This document shows positions 19,946 to 29,924 of a DNA stretch of 64,000 bases, piece by piece. The DNA comes from Spirosomataceae bacterium (GTDB lineage: Bacteria; Bacteroidota; Bacteroidia; Cytophagales; Spirosomataceae): positions 32,792-96,791 of the forward strand of contig JBGAVQ010000001.1 of NCBI GenBank assembly GCA_044228045.1, in the 5' to 3' direction. Under the pieces are notes generated by a model. The model worked only from the letters and a program-made list of their open reading frames with translations, was not told the origin of the DNA and did no database searches. How positions within the stretch are numbered: the stretch's first letter is position 1; every line of letters starts with the position of its first letter. Position numbers and translations under genes: made by a program.

Positions 19946-19971
19946 TAACCCAAATGTTACTAATTTTTGGA

Positions 19972-19997
19972 AAGTCCCTTTTTAGGGACTTTTTTTG
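19972..19997 (+). terminator. intrinsic terminator after the rpmG-DUF4295 pair
   Basis: AAGTCCCT-loop-AGGGACTT followed by a T-run. Confidence 0.75.
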
Positions 19998-20111
19998 TTT
20001 GTATTTTGTTGATAAAAAGGTTACCAAACTCATAAAAATACATTTCCTGACGACTTTAATAGATAAAGTATTCTTTTGGATTAACAACTGGTAACCATAA
20101 CCGATACGAAA

Positions 20112-21089
20112 ATGGGGATATTTGATTTTTTCTCGAAAAAAAAGGAGCAAATAGTAGAAGAACAAAAAGAATCGCTCGAAAAAGGTCTCGAAAAAACCAA
20201 AGAAGGCTTTTTTGGTAAATTGAGTAGGGTGATTGTGGGGAAGTCGAAGGTGGATGATGAAGTGTTAGATGAATTAGAAGAAATTTTGATTAGCTCCGAC
20301 GTAGGTGTTGAAACTACTATCAAAATAATTCGGCGTATCGAAGACCGGGTATCTCGTGATAAATTTGTTACAACCGACGAGCTCGACCGTATTCTTCGAG
20401 AAGAAATTGCAGCCTTACTTTCTGAAAACAAATCTGCCGACGTATCTGGAGATTTTGATACTCCACTCGGCATAAAGCCTTACGTGATTATGGTTGTGGG
20501 TGTGAATGGGGTTGGTAAAACCACCACAATTGGCAAATTGGCCTCTCAATATCACAAAGCAGGCAAAAAAGTAGTACTTGGGGCAGGCGATACTTTTAGG
20601 GCAGCAGCTGTAGATCAACTCAAACGTTGGGGCGAGCGAGTGGGCATTCCAGTCATTGAGCATGGTATGAATACAGACCCCGCTGCAGTAGCTTTTGATG
20701 CCGTGAAAAAAGGTGTAGAAATGAACGCCGATGTGGTAATCATTGACACTGCAGGCCGACTGCACACTAAGGTTAATTTGATGACCGAACTCACCAAAAT
20801 AAAGCGAGTGATGCAAAAGTTCATAACCGAAGCACCTCACGAGGTATTGCTTGTTTTGGATGGTTCTACTGGCCAGAATGCGTTTATTCAAGCCCAAGAA
20901 TTCACTAAAGCTACTGATGTTACAGCATTGGCTATCACTAAGTTAGATGGCACAGCAAAGGGCGGTGTAGTGATTGGGATTTCGGACCAATTCCGTATTC
21001 CGGTCAAGTACATTGGGGTAGGCGAGAAAATCGAAGACTTGCAAGTGTTTAACAAGAAATCGTTTGTGGAGTCGTTGTTTAAGCGATAA
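20112..21089 (+). CDS. ftsY: signal recognition particle-docking protein FtsY
   Basis: 325 aa with SRP GTPase motifs GVNGVGKTTTIGKLA, DTAGRL and TKLDGTAKGG. Confidence 0.96.
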   Translation: MGIFDFFSKKKEQIVEEQKESLEKGLEKTKEGFFGKLSRVIVGKSKVDDEVLDELEEILISSDVGVETTIKIIRRIEDRVSRDKFVTTDELDRILREEIAALLSENKSADVSGDFDTPLGIKPYVIMVVGVNGVGKTTTIGKLASQYHKAGKKVVLGAGDTFRAAAVDQLKRWGERVGIPVIEHGMNTDPAAVAFDAVKKGVEMNADVVIIDTAGRLHTKVNLMTELTKIKRVMQKFITEAPHEVLLVLDGSTGQNAFIQAQEFTKATDVTALAITKLDGTAKGGVVIGISDQFRIPVKYIGVGEKIEDLQVFNKKSFVESLFKR

Positions 21090-21103
21090 TTTTTCCCTAA
21101 GCT

Positions 21104-21577
21104 ATGTTAAAACGACTAATTTTTCCTTTGCTATTCACTTGCTTTTCTATCACGTTGACCATTGCCCAACAAAGCAAGTCAAAAAAAACTCCAGTAGTGC
21201 AAGGTATTCAAGGCGTAATTATCTGGAAGGCAGGCGACCAAATGCCCTCGCCTGACCGACCCGCAGGAGTTACTGCCGGAATACTCGTGCAGCGAGAAGT
21301 ATATGTATATGCCCTTACCAACGAATCAAATACCATAAAAAACACCGAAGGATTTTATACGAAAATCAACACCCGCCTGATTAAAAAATTCACTACAGAC
21401 AAACGAGGGCGTTTTAAAGTAAGCTTGCCTGTGGGTAAATATTCACTTTTTACCAAAGAAGAAAATGGACTTTACGCCAACTTTTTTGACGAAAGTATGA
21501 ATATCTTTCCCGTACAGGTGAAGCGAGGCCATTATACTAATGTCTCCTTTGAAATTACCTATCAGGCTGTTTTTTAA
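21104..21577 (+). CDS. hypothetical secreted protein (possible carboxypeptidase-regulatory-like fold)
   Basis: 157 aa with a signal peptide ending IAQQ. The TDKRGRFKVSLPVGKYSL segment resembles CarboxypepD_reg-type beta sandwiches. Confidence 0.5.
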   Translation: MLKRLIFPLLFTCFSITLTIAQQSKSKKTPVVQGIQGVIIWKAGDQMPSPDRPAGVTAGILVQREVYVYALTNESNTIKNTEGFYTKINTRLIKKFTTDKRGRFKVSLPVGKYSLFTKEENGLYANFFDESMNIFPVQVKRGHYTNVSFEITYQAVF

Positions 21578-21834
21578 ATAGTTACGGTTGTTTCCTCTAA
21601 TAGTTCTTCCAGCATTCCGTTCAGAAACACATACCATTCTTCGTGAGGCGAAACTTTCGAACATTCAGGACATTGCGTATCACGATGCCGATGCCCGCAC
21701 GAAGGGCATGAAGCATACGTTTGAAATGTATTCCATTGATGCCCACACTGGTCACACATCCAATACGGCTGCCCGTCGGGTTCCCATGCGCACTGCGGAC
21801 ACTCAATTTTCTCTTCTTTTAGTTCGTTTTTCAT
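21574..21834 (-). CDS. hypothetical zinc-ribbon protein with four CxxC pairs
   Basis: 86 aa with CPQC, CDQC, CPSC and CPEC. Its stop overlaps the convergent gene's stop (TTAA). Confidence 0.5.
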   Translation of the reverse strand: MKNELKEEKIECPQCAWEPDGQPYWMCDQCGHQWNTFQTYASCPSCGHRHRDTQCPECSKVSPHEEWYVFLNGMLEELLEETTVTI

Positions 21835-22074
21835 TACTTTTCAGGAGTTTCAACACAGCTTAATACGAGGATTGTTTCAGTTTGTCACATTCTTTCTCAC
21901 TTTTCTTAGTAAGCGAAAATACGCAATTGATAAAATCTTCGCAATAGTTGGCCTGTATTTTTGCCATTTTTTCAAACAATAGAAGTATAAGTAAAAATAA
22001 TCAAAATTTTCTCTCGAAAAAGTTTGGAGACATAAAAGATAACTTCGTTATTTGCACAAAAATCAGATATTTAT

Positions 22075-22128
22075 ATGCGTAGCAATATTTTCGTGGTGGT
22101 GGTTCTCGTACTCTCCCAAACGGCGTGA
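22075..22128 (+). CDS. ilv operon leader peptide, 17 aa (MRSNIFVVVVLVLSQTA)
   Basis: Hand translation shows 8 of 17 codons are Ile/Val/Leu, including four consecutive Val codons. It lies 120 nt upstream of ilvD and is followed by a strong terminator. Confidence 0.6.
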   Translation: MRSNIFVVVVLVLSQTA

Positions 22129-22152
22129 GACTGGATTCTTTTACCACGATAA

Positions 22153-22192
22153 AAAGACCTTTCTCACACAAAGAGAAAGGTCTTTTTGTTTG
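22153..22192 (+). terminator. attenuator terminator of the ilv leader
   Basis: AAAGACCTTTCTC-ACACAAA-GAGAAAGGTCTTT followed by TTGTTTGTTTG, a 13-bp perfect stem located upstream of the ilvD start. Confidence 0.75.
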
Positions 22193-22247
22193 TTTGCGCT
22201 AATGAAGAAGATTTTTATCAATGAAAAACAAGGAACAAGCAATCATA

Positions 22248-23930
22248 ATGAGCCAAGAACTTAACCGCTACTCCCGCACCCTCACTCAAGACATTACCAA
22301 CCCTGCCGCCCAAGCAATGCTTTACGGCATTGGGCTCAACGAAGACGATTTGCGTAAACCACAGATTGGTATTGCCAGCACTGGTTACGAAGGCAACCCT
22401 TGCAATATGCACCTCAATGGGCTGTCGGTTTATGTCAAGAAAGGTATTCAAGAAAGCGGCTTAGTTGGTCTGATTTTCAATACTATAGGGGTGTCAGACG
22501 GCATGACTAATGGCAACGATGGTATGAGTTATTCACTACCAAGCCGAGACGTGATCGCCGATAGTATTGAAACCGTAGTAGGTGCCCAATGGTACGATGG
22601 CGTAATTGCCGTAGTGGGTTGTGACAAAAATATGCCCGGTGCCATGATGGCTTTTGGCCGTTTGAACCGCCCTGCCATCATGGTTTATGGTGGCACTATT
22701 CGTTCAGGAAGTTACAAAGGGCAAAAATTAGACATCGTGTCGGCATTTGAGGCACTTGGCAAAAAATTTGCAAATACTATTTCAGACGAAGACTTTAAAG
22801 GTGTTATTCAAAATTCCATCCCAGGCCAAGGGGCTTGTGGCGGCATGTACACTGCCAATACAATGGCATCAAGTATTGAAGCAATGGGCATGAGTTTGCC
22901 ATTTAGTAGTACCTACCCTGCCACGCACGAAGGCAAGCTACAGGAATGTGTAAAAATAGGCGAAGCCATGAAAAAGCTTCTTGAAAAGAATATTTTGCCC
23001 CGTGATATTATGACTCGTAAAGCATTTGAAAATGCGCTTACGATTGTGATGGCATTGGGCGGCTCTACCAATGCGGTATTGCATTATTTGGCCATTGCTC
23101 GTTCGGTAGGTGTTGCATTTACGCAAGATGATGTGCAGGCTATTTCGGACAGAACACCTTTTATTGCTGACTTGAAACCATCAGGCAAATATTATATGGA
23201 AGACCTACTTTCGATAGGTGGTGTGCCAGCCGTAATGAAATATTTGTACCAAAACGGCCTGATTCATGGTGATTGCCTCACAGTTACGGGCAAAACTGTT
23301 GCCGAAAACTTAGCCGAAGCACAAGACTTAGATTTTGGTAGTCAGACAATTATCCGTAAATTAGAGAACCCAATCAAAAAAACTGGGCATATTCAAATAC
23401 TTTATGGCAATTTAGCAACAGGCGGTGCCGTTGCTAAAATCACGGGTAAGGAAGGCGAACGTTTTGAAGGAATTGCCAAAGTTTGCGAACGAGAAGAAGA
23501 GGTAATTGAGTATTTATCGAAAGGTGAAATCAAAGCAGGTCATGTGATTGTGATACGAAACGAAGGGCCTAAAGGTGGGCCAGGAATGCCCGAAATGTTG
23601 AAGCCCACTTCTGCCGTGATGGGTGCTGGGTTGGGCGATAAAGTAGCCATGATTACTGACGGGCGTTTTTCGGGCGGTACGCACGGCTTTGTGGTAGGCC
23701 ACATTACTCCCGAGGCGCAAGACGGTGGTAACCTGGGTTTAGTACAAGACGGAGACCTCATTACGATTGACGCTGTGAATAACGTATTGCATGTACACGT
23801 TTCAGACGAAGAACTGGCCGAACGCCGTAAAAACTGGAAACCAACGCCATCTATTTTTACACAAGGGATTTTGAGAAAATACATTAAAAATGTGTCGCCA
23901 GCCTCAGAAGGCTGTGTGACGGATTTGTAA
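22248..23930 (+). CDS. ilvD: dihydroxy-acid dehydratase
   Basis: Probable start at [14 protein letters not shown]. Motifs [19 protein letters not shown] and [11 protein letters not shown] are present. Confidence 0.96.
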   Translation: MSQELNRYSRTLTQDITNPAAQAMLYGIGLNEDDLRKPQIGIASTGYEGNPCNMHLNGLSVYVKKGIQESGLVGLIFNTIGVSDGMTNGNDGMSYSLPSRDVIADSIETVVGAQWYDGVIAVVGCDKNMPGAMMAFGRLNRPAIMVYGGTIRSGSYKGQKLDIVSAFEALGKKFANTISDEDFKGVIQNSIPGQGACGGMYTANTMASSIEAMGMSLPFSSTYPATHEGKLQECVKIGEAMKKLLEKNILPRDIMTRKAFENALTIVMALGGSTNAVLHYLAIARSVGVAFTQDDVQAISDRTPFIADLKPSGKYYMEDLLSIGGVPAVMKYLYQNGLIHGDCLTVTGKTVAENLAEAQDLDFGSQTIIRKLENPIKKTGHIQILYGNLATGGAVAKITGKEGERFEGIAKVCEREEEVIEYLSKGEIKAGHVIVIRNEGPKGGPGMPEMLKPTSAVMGAGLGDKVAMITDGRFSGGTHGFVVGHITPEAQDGGNLGLVQDGDLITIDAVNNVLHVHVSDEELAERRKNWKPTPSIFTQGILRKYIKNVSPASEGCVTDL

Positions 23931-23950
23931 TATTTAACATCAACAACCAC

Positions 23951-25747
23951 ATGGGACAATACCAGCAAACCATGGCTACACAAGCAGCACCCGCTGCCAC
24001 AACACTCGAAGTAACAAGCTCGTATGTTACTGGGGCTGAGGCAATTATGAAATCACTTATTGCCGAAGGGGTCGATACCATTTTTGGCTATCCGGGTGGA
24101 GCAATTATGCCTACCTACGATGCCCTGTTTCATTATCACGACGAAGAAGCACTTGGTACTGTACAGCCTCGCCCCGGCAAACTCAAGCATATTTTGGTAC
24201 GTCATGAGCAAGGTGCCGCTCACGCCGCCGAAGGCTACGCTCGCATTACAGGACGGGCTGGTGTATGCTTAGTAACCTCAGGTCCAGGTGCTACTAACTT
24301 GGTTACTGGTATTGCCGATGCCCTCATTGACTCTACTCCTTTGGTATGTATTATAGGGCAAGTTAAGACCAACCTGTTGGGTACTGATGCCTTCCAAGAA
24401 ACCGATGTAATGGGCATGACCATGCCTATTACAAAGTGGAACTACCAAATTACAGATGCCAACGAAATACCTGAAATGATGGCGAAGGCATTTTATATAG
24501 CTCAGTCAGGTCGCCCAGGGCCAGTAGTGTTAGACATTACCCGCACGGCCCAGGCTGATTTGATGACTAAGCCGTTTGAATATCAAAAATGTGAACATAT
24601 TGTTAGCTATCGCCCTCGGTATCAGCCCAAAATAGAGCAGATTCAAGAAGCCGCCAAACTCATCAATCGTGCAAAAAAGCCGTTTATTGTGTTCGGTCAT
24701 GGTGTTTTAATATCAGGAGCACAAGAAGAATTGAAGGCTTTTGTTGAAAAAACAGGCATACCTTGTGCCAGCACACTATTGGGGCTTTCGGCTTTTGATG
24801 TAGATCATCCGCTGTATGCTGGTTGGTTAGGGATGCACGGTAATTATGGCACCAACGTACTGACCAACTCGTGCGATGTACTTATTGCCATCGGAATGCG
24901 GTTTGACGACCGAGTAACAGGCGACTTAAGTACCTATGCCAAGCAAGCCAAAGTAGTACATATTGAAATTGACCCTGCCGAAATTGATAAAAATGTAAAA
25001 GCAAATGCCCCCGTAGTTGGCGATGCCAAGCTGGCGTTACAAATGCTTATGCCTTTTGTGAAAGCAAATAATCATCCCGAATGGCGAGAAGAATTTAAGA
25101 AATACGACGACGAAGAATTTGATAAAGTAACCAATCGAGAACTTAACCACACTGGACTGGAAATAAAGATGGCAGAGGCAATAGCTATGCTTTCCGAAAA
25201 AACCAAAGGCGAGGCAGTCATTGTTGCCGACGTAGGCCAGCATCAAATGGTAGCAGCTCGGTATTATCGTTTCAAGAAAGCCAATAGTTACATCACCTCG
25301 GGAGGTCTCGGTACCATGGGTTTTGCATTGCCCGCTTCTTTTGGTGTAAAAGTTGGTGACCCTACCCGTGAAGTAGTAGCTGTAATTGGTGACGGATGTT
25401 TTCAGATGACCATTCAAGAACTGGGGACAATTGCCCAAAGTGGCTTGCCAGTAAAGATTATCATCCTCAATAACAACTACTTAGGAATGGTACGGCAATG
25501 GCAGCAATTATTTTTTGAGCGTCGTTATAGTTTTGTTGAACTCCAAAATCCAGACTTTATTACCATTGCCAGAGGCTTTGGAGTAAATGGAAACACCGTT
25601 TCGGAGCGTGGAAAACTAAGCGAAGAATTAGATAAAATGCTACAGTCAGATAAAGCATATGTGTTGGAAATTATCTGTGAAAAAGAAGAAAACGTATTCC
25701 CAATGATTCCGGCGGGGTATTGTGTAACTAAAATCAGATTAGAATAA
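23951..25747 (+). CDS. ilvB: acetolactate synthase (biosynthetic type), large subunit
   Basis: 598 aa. Has TPP enzyme motifs (GYPGGAIMP, GPGATNLVTGIADA, GLGTMGFALPA...GDGCFQM...NN.YLGMVRQWQ). Confidence 0.95.
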   Translation: MGQYQQTMATQAAPAATTLEVTSSYVTGAEAIMKSLIAEGVDTIFGYPGGAIMPTYDALFHYHDEEALGTVQPRPGKLKHILVRHEQGAAHAAEGYARITGRAGVCLVTSGPGATNLVTGIADALIDSTPLVCIIGQVKTNLLGTDAFQETDVMGMTMPITKWNYQITDANEIPEMMAKAFYIAQSGRPGPVVLDITRTAQADLMTKPFEYQKCEHIVSYRPRYQPKIEQIQEAAKLINRAKKPFIVFGHGVLISGAQEELKAFVEKTGIPCASTLLGLSAFDVDHPLYAGWLGMHGNYGTNVLTNSCDVLIAIGMRFDDRVTGDLSTYAKQAKVVHIEIDPAEIDKNVKANAPVVGDAKLALQMLMPFVKANNHPEWREEFKKYDDEEFDKVTNRELNHTGLEIKMAEAIAMLSEKTKGEAVIVADVGQHQMVAARYYRFKKANSYITSGGLGTMGFALPASFGVKVGDPTREVVAVIGDGCFQMTIQELGTIAQSGLPVKIIILNNNYLGMVRQWQQLFFERRYSFVELQNPDFITIARGFGVNGNTVSERGKLSEELDKMLQSDKAYVLEIICEKEENVFPMIPAGYCVTKIRLE

Positions 25748-25748
25748 C

Positions 25749-26279
25749 ATGAAAACCTACACCATATCCGTTTTTACAGCAAACTCAGTAGGGTTGCTTA
25801 ATAGAATTACCATCGTTTTTACCCGAAGACGAGTCAATATCGAAAGTCTAACTGTTTGTGAAACAGAGCGTAAGGGTGTTTCACGGTTCACCATTGTAAT
25901 TCGCTCCGAAACCCGTGAGATGGTCGAAAAACTCGTGCGCCAAATCCGTAAAATAGTGGACGTACTGGCCGTGTTTGGTTATTACGACGACGATATTGTT
26001 TTTAACGAAACCGCTCTTTACAAGATTCACACGCCGCTGGGTGGGCTGCCACTTGATATCAAAGCCGTAAACCTCGACCACAACGCACGTGTGGTCTATT
26101 GGGGGCTCGACTACGTGGTGATTGAAAAAACGGGCCCCGAAGAAGAAATTTTGGAATTTTACCGCTATATCAAGCAATGGGGTATTCTTGAATTTGTTCG
26201 TTCTGGACGTATTTGCGTCGGTAAAACCGAAAAAGGGCTGGTTGAATACCTACCCGAAGCGCATTGGGAGATTGCATAA
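25749..26279 (+). CDS. ilvN: acetolactate synthase small (regulatory) subunit
   Basis: 176 aa with an ACT domain (ISVFTANSVGLLNRITIVFTRRRVNIESLTV), directly following ilvB. Confidence 0.92.
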   Translation: MKTYTISVFTANSVGLLNRITIVFTRRRVNIESLTVCETERKGVSRFTIVIRSETREMVEKLVRQIRKIVDVLAVFGYYDDDIVFNETALYKIHTPLGGLPLDIKAVNLDHNARVVYWGLDYVVIEKTGPEEEILEFYRYIKQWGILEFVRSGRICVGKTEKGLVEYLPEAHWEIA

Positions 26280-26328
26280 TCTATCTCAAACCTCTTATTC
26301 TTTTTTTTATTAAACTCTTAAACTCAAA

Positions 26329-27375
26329 ATGGCACAAATCAACTTTGGTGGCGTAGAAGAAGAAGTAGTAACCCGGGAAGAATTTCCGTTGGAGAAAGCT
26401 CGTGAAGTCCTTAGTAATGAGACCATCGCCGTGATTGGTTATGGCGTACAAGGCCCAGGCCAAAGCCTCAACATGAAAGACAACGGGTTCAACGTCATCG
26501 TAGGACAACGTAAAGGTGGTAAAAGCTGGGACAAAGCCGTGTCTGATGGCTGGGTACCAGGCAAAGACCTTTTTGAAATCGAAGAAGCACTTGATAAAGG
26601 AACAATTATTTGTTACTTGCTGTCAGATGCCGCACAAATCGAGAACTGGCCTACCGTAAAAAGCCACCTCACAGCAGGTAAAACATTGTATTTTTCACAT
26701 GGCTTTGGCATAACCTACAAAGACCAAACGGGCATTGTTCCACCTGCAGATGTGGACGTAATTTTGGTTGCTCCCAAAGGATCTGGCACATCGCTTCGTC
26801 GTTTGTTTGTAGAAGGCAAAGGCCTTAACTCATCGTTTGCGATTTTCCAAGATGCCTCGGGTCACGCTCGTGAAAAATGTATCGCCATGGGTATAGGGGT
26901 AGGCTCGGGTTATTTGTTCGAGACTGACTTTTACCGTGAAGTTACCTCTGACCTTACGGGTGAGCGTGGTACACTAATGGGCTGTATTCAAGGTATTTTT
27001 GCTGCCCAGTACGAAGTGTTGCGCTCAAACGGCCACTCGCCAAGCGAAGCCTTCAACGAAACTGTTGAAGAACTTACGCAGTCGTTGATGCCTCTTGTGG
27101 CCGAAAACGGCATGGACTGGATGTATGCCAACTGCTCAACTACTGCCCAGCGTGGTGCTTTGGACTGGTGGAAGCCCTTCCGTGATGCCACCAAGCCAGT
27201 TTTTGAGGCATTATACAACTCTGTAAAATCTGGCGAGCAAGCACGTATCTCTATTACCCGTAACTCGCAACCAGATTATCGTGAAAAATTAGAAGTAGAA
27301 TTGGCCGAACTTCGTGAGTCTGAAATGTGGCGTGCTGGCAAAGCCGTGCGTAGTTTGAGACCGGAACGGAGTTAG
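26329..27375 (+). CDS. ilvC: ketol-acid reductoisomerase
   Basis: 348 aa with GYGVQGPGQSLNMKDNG, APKGSG and C-terminal knot domain motifs. Confidence 0.96.
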   Translation: MAQINFGGVEEEVVTREEFPLEKAREVLSNETIAVIGYGVQGPGQSLNMKDNGFNVIVGQRKGGKSWDKAVSDGWVPGKDLFEIEEALDKGTIICYLLSDAAQIENWPTVKSHLTAGKTLYFSHGFGITYKDQTGIVPPADVDVILVAPKGSGTSLRRLFVEGKGLNSSFAIFQDASGHAREKCIAMGIGVGSGYLFETDFYREVTSDLTGERGTLMGCIQGIFAAQYEVLRSNGHSPSEAFNETVEELTQSLMPLVAENGMDWMYANCSTTAQRGALDWWKPFRDATKPVFEALYNSVKSGEQARISITRNSQPDYREKLEVELAELRESEMWRAGKAVRSLRPERS

Positions 27376-27404
27376 AATATCTCACTTTTTAGAAGTAAAC
27401 ATTT

Positions 27405-27437
27405 ATCCCCCGTTTTGTCAATTCGGGGGATTTTTTA
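27405..27437 (+). terminator. intrinsic terminator after ilvC
   Basis: ATCCCCCG-loop-CGGGGGAT followed by TTTTTT. Confidence 0.8.
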
Positions 27438-27448
27438 TAGAAATTTAA

Positions 27449-27457
27449 GGGGATGAC
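27449..27457. repeat. left copy of target-site duplication GGGGATGAC
   Basis: An identical 9-mer lies at 28688..28696, immediately outside the two terminal inverted repeats. Confidence 0.7.
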
Positions 27458-28687
27458 TACTGAACCCGAAGAAAATTGTCAGATAAAACAAAAAGGCTGA
27501 AATTTGAAGTGCTCAAACAACAAATCAGCCTTTAAGAATGAAGAAACTCATTAGGGACGAATCGGAGCGCCGAAGCGATTATCAAATTGCTTGATAAAAT
27601 TCCATTAGCGACGAATTTAGCACGCAAGAAATTTATTTCTTCGTTTTTATTGGGAGTAATAGATAGCAGGAAAGTACAATTTAATGAAGTAGCTTTGCAT
27701 ATAGAATCTGATGCCAAATCGGACCGCCGATGCGGTTGAATCAATTGAACGTAGAATACAGTCGTTTTTTAGAGACTATGAATTTGATTACGATCAGGTT
27801 TGCTTACTTTTAGCTCTATTTTTGCCAAGGGGTAAAGTCAGTCTTTCGATAGATAGGACGGAATGGGATTTTGGGAATTACCAATGTAACATTCTGATGA
27901 TAGTGGCAAAAAATGGTTCAGTAGGGATTCCCTTATACTGGTCATTATTAAATAATAATTCGGGCAATAGTAATGGCAAAGATCGTATTGATTTGTTATC
28001 GAAATTGCTAAACGTTATTGGAAAAGAAAGAATTGGCGTGATTGTTGGCGACAGAGAATTTATAGGGATTGAATGGATTAAATATTTGAAATTCAATGGT
28101 ATAAATTTTTGTATGCGCCTTCCCAAAAGTCATTTACTTACATTAAAGAACGGCATTTGTTATTCGATTCAAGAATTACTCAACACACAAACAGAGCGTT
28201 GTTTTCAAGACTGCCAAGTGGATGGGGTTTGGTGTAATACGATGGTAAAAAAATTAAGCAGTGGCGATTTTTTATTTTTAATTGGCAACTTACCTGCTAA
28301 ACAGTTAGGAGGATTTTATCGAAGACGATGGTGTATAGAAGTGCTATTTCAGACGTTTAAAGAACGGGGATTTGATTTGGAATCTACGCATTTAAAGTGT
28401 AGCCAAAAACTGAGCAAGTTATTAGTATTTGTCAGCATTTCGGTAGCTATTTGTGTGAAATTTGGAGAGACTTATATTAGCAAAGTACAAAAAATAAAAA
28501 TTCAAAAAAACGGCTATCAGTCACGTAGTTTTTTTAGACAAGGAATTGACGTACTACGTCGAAGGCTCAAAAATACCAATATGGATTTTGTAAACCTCTG
28601 CAAAGAGTATGTAAGAAAAATAATTAGATGGATTGATATTCAAATTGCTTATAATCAAATAGTTACAAAAAATATTCGGGCTTAGTA
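27458..28687 (+). mobile_element. IS4-family insertion sequence (about 1230 bp)
   Basis: Terminal inverted repeats are TACTGAACCCGAAGA (27458-27472) and TATTCGGGCTTAGTA (28673-28687; 12 of 15 positions match the left repeat when reverse-complemented). It is flanked by the 9-bp direct repeat GGGGATGAC. The internal DDE transposase carries the IS4 signature Y-2-R-3-E-6-K (YRRRWCIEVLFQTFK). Confidence 0.8.
27538..28685 (+). pseudogene. IS4-family DDE transposase, disrupted by two frameshifts
   Basis: The N-terminus is split over three frames. MKKLIRDESERRSDYQIA* runs in the frame of 27538. ...AEAIIKLLDKIPLATNLARKKFISSFLLGVIDSRKVQFNEVALHIESDAKSDRRCG* runs in the frame of 27578. ...ADAVESIERRIQSFFRDYEFDYDQV... 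continues in the 27711..28685 ORF, which holds DDE residues in IDRTEWDFG, VGDREF and CIEVLF. Confidence 0.7.
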
Positions 28688-28696
28688 GGGGATGAC
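28688..28696. repeat. right copy of target-site duplication GGGGATGAC
   Basis: See the left copy at 27449..27457. Confidence 0.7.
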
Positions 28697-28850
28697 TAAA
28701 AGATTTACAAAGTTCAAAGAGTAGGTACTTCTCTTGCCCTGCACACAAAGCTTATAGATTTATGCTGAGCATAGCCCAAATAAACCACAAAATCGGAGTG
28801 CCAAACAGCCTCAATTATGCAAATTAGCTGGCCTTTTCGCAAACATAATG

Positions 28851-29924
28851 TTATTGGTCGTTATTCATTTGTTTGATGGCCAATGTGTTCAAAAAATCTT
28901 TTGGTTGGTCTGTATAAAAGAGTATTGTATCAGTTTGCCTCTTCATTCCAAAAAATTTACTTACTTGAACAGGTTTGTTTAGATATATAATACAGTTATG
29001 CTCTTCCAAATTGCCTAATAAAGCCATTTTTACAAACATTTTATTCTCCGGAATTTTATTTGAGAATTCTACTTTTTTTATGTTGTTATAACTAAGAATT
29101 ACTTCAGCAGCAAGTCCATTGTAAATATTAATATTTTCCATTTCCAAAGTTATAAGTCTTGATTTTAAAGCTCTTATGTGAGCGAAAATTTGCACACAAG
29201 TATAAACACTTAACCCAGTAGTTAGCCAAGCAAGTGTTTTGTTACACAAGCTTAAAAGCAAATGAGTAGCCGTAGTTTCTATGAGTAAGATGAATATCAG
29301 CATATACAAAAGTGCTACGATACCGTTATCTTTATGAGTACTAAATGTTGTTTTATAGTCTGCTTTTGCCTTTTTTGCCCAAGAAAATGCGTAGTAAACA
29401 CAGGCAATTTCGGCGGCAAAAAAAGCAGCTATTTTTTCATTGCCTGTTACTTTATGCAAAATCTTTCGGGTAAGTATCAAAAAATCTATGTTATGATGAC
29501 TTTTTTTGACTTCTTGATTGGCCATATAAAAACTTCTACCAACCCAAATCAGTAAGCCTGTTTCAAGAATAGGATAAGCAAACGTTTTGATATAATACAA
29601 AACAATAGTGGTTTGACTATCTAAGATAAAACCTGAAACAATCAAACTCACAAGAAATATTCTTAAAACGGTACTTTTACTTGTACCACTTTTCCTTATA
29701 GAGAGATAATACAGCAAAGGGGCAACAAATAGCATATCAATAAGTATTGCGTTTGAAAGCAACTCTCTGTTAAACACAAATTTTTCGGTTTGTGTAACCC
29801 CAAAACTACTTATTGCCACGAGAACTTGTAGCCCTAAGGCAATAAGCCAATTGGGTTTTCTAATTTCAGATGTTATGGTCATATAAATGCATTTATTGTT
29901 TTTATTAATAACGGTCGCACTCAC
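28851..29924 (-). CDS. hypothetical multi-pass membrane protein with a soluble C-terminal domain (AT-rich, probably acquired)
   Basis: 357 aa with about 7 hydrophobic helices and then a soluble tail of about 100 aa. It is visibly more AT-rich than its neighbours. No family recognised. Confidence 0.6.
   Translation of the reverse strand: MSATVINKNNKCIYMTITSEIRKPNWLIALGLQVLVAISSFGVTQTEKFVFNRELLSNAILIDMLFVAPLLYYLSIRKSGTSKSTVLRIFLVSLIVSGFILDSQTTIVLYYIKTFAYPILETGLLIWVGRSFYMANQEVKKSHHNIDFLILTRKILHKVTGNEKIAAFFAAEIACVYYAFSWAKKAKADYKTTFSTHKDNGIVALLYMLIFILLIETTATHLLLSLCNKTLAWLTTGLSVYTCVQIFAHIRALKSRLITLEMENINIYNGLAAEVILSYNNIKKVEFSNKIPENKMFVKMALLGNLEEHNCIIYLNKPVQVSKFFGMKRQTDTILFYTDQPKDFLNTLAIKQMNNDQ

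Noticed and set aside
22052-22264. The 70-aa ORF in the track that spans the ilv leader and terminator.
   Set aside because: It runs through the terminator hairpin in a different frame from the BCAA-rich leader peptide and overlaps the ilvD start. It is a spurious ORF.
27449-28698. The 11-nt direct repeat GGGGATGACTA, seen 1.24 kb apart, considered as a possible repeat array or att site.
   Set aside because: It is explained by a 9-bp IS target-site duplication (GGGGATGAC) plus the first two bases of the IS end. There are only two copies.
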